Origin: Octopus sinensis
Taxonomy: Eukaryota
Direction: 5' to 3'
Assembly: GCF_006345805.1 (NCBI RefSeq)
Contig: NC_043010.1
Location: 29,264,001-29,328,000 of the forward strand
Length of the DNA stretch: 64,000 bases
Shown: piece after piece, positions 63,893-64,000 of the stretch
How the letters are laid out: the number at the start of each line of letters is the position of its first letter
Position numbering within the stretch: the stretch's first letter is position 1
Program-made: the position numbers and the translations under genes
The notes under the pieces: generated by a model
Databases searched by the model: none
What the model saw: only the letters and a program-made list of their open reading frames with translations
Told to the model about the DNA's origin: nothing

Positions 63893-64000
63893 CCGATATT
63901 TTTATATATATGTATATGCATATATATATATATATATCATTATCATCATCATCGTGATATATATATATATATATATAAATTTAATATATGAATTCAAGTA

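Overview
AT-rich, repeat-dense animal genomic DNA. The three tRNA-headed SINE families, the large (TA)n/(TG)n/(TATG)n tracts and the clustered C2H2 zinc-finger genes suggest a coleoid cephalopod, probably Octopus (inferred, not searched). Genes: a window-truncated minus-strand CDS starting with polyQ (1-168), a 4-finger C2H2 gene (13208-14272, minus), an 11-finger C2H2 gene (51807-53414, plus) and an intron-containing tRNA-Lys(TTT) (23778-23871). Mobile DNA: two 5'-truncated CR1/L2-group LINEs, RTE-type LINE remnants, Penelope-like (GIY-YIG) remnants, a Chapaev3-type DNA transposon with both ends, mariner relics, Merlin-like MITEs, a non-autonomous Helitron and a probable solo LTR. The least explained signal is about ten minimal type I hammerhead-ribozyme folds from several Penelope-derived repeat families. 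Their tertiary 3:8 core pair appears as C:G, U:A and G:C, and they often sit in fold-back modules. One fold-back module encloses a 258-bp copy of the 5' coding region of the neighbouring zinc-finger gene. Almost all other ORFs in the track are microsatellite or repeat artefacts. All folds and alignments were done by eye.
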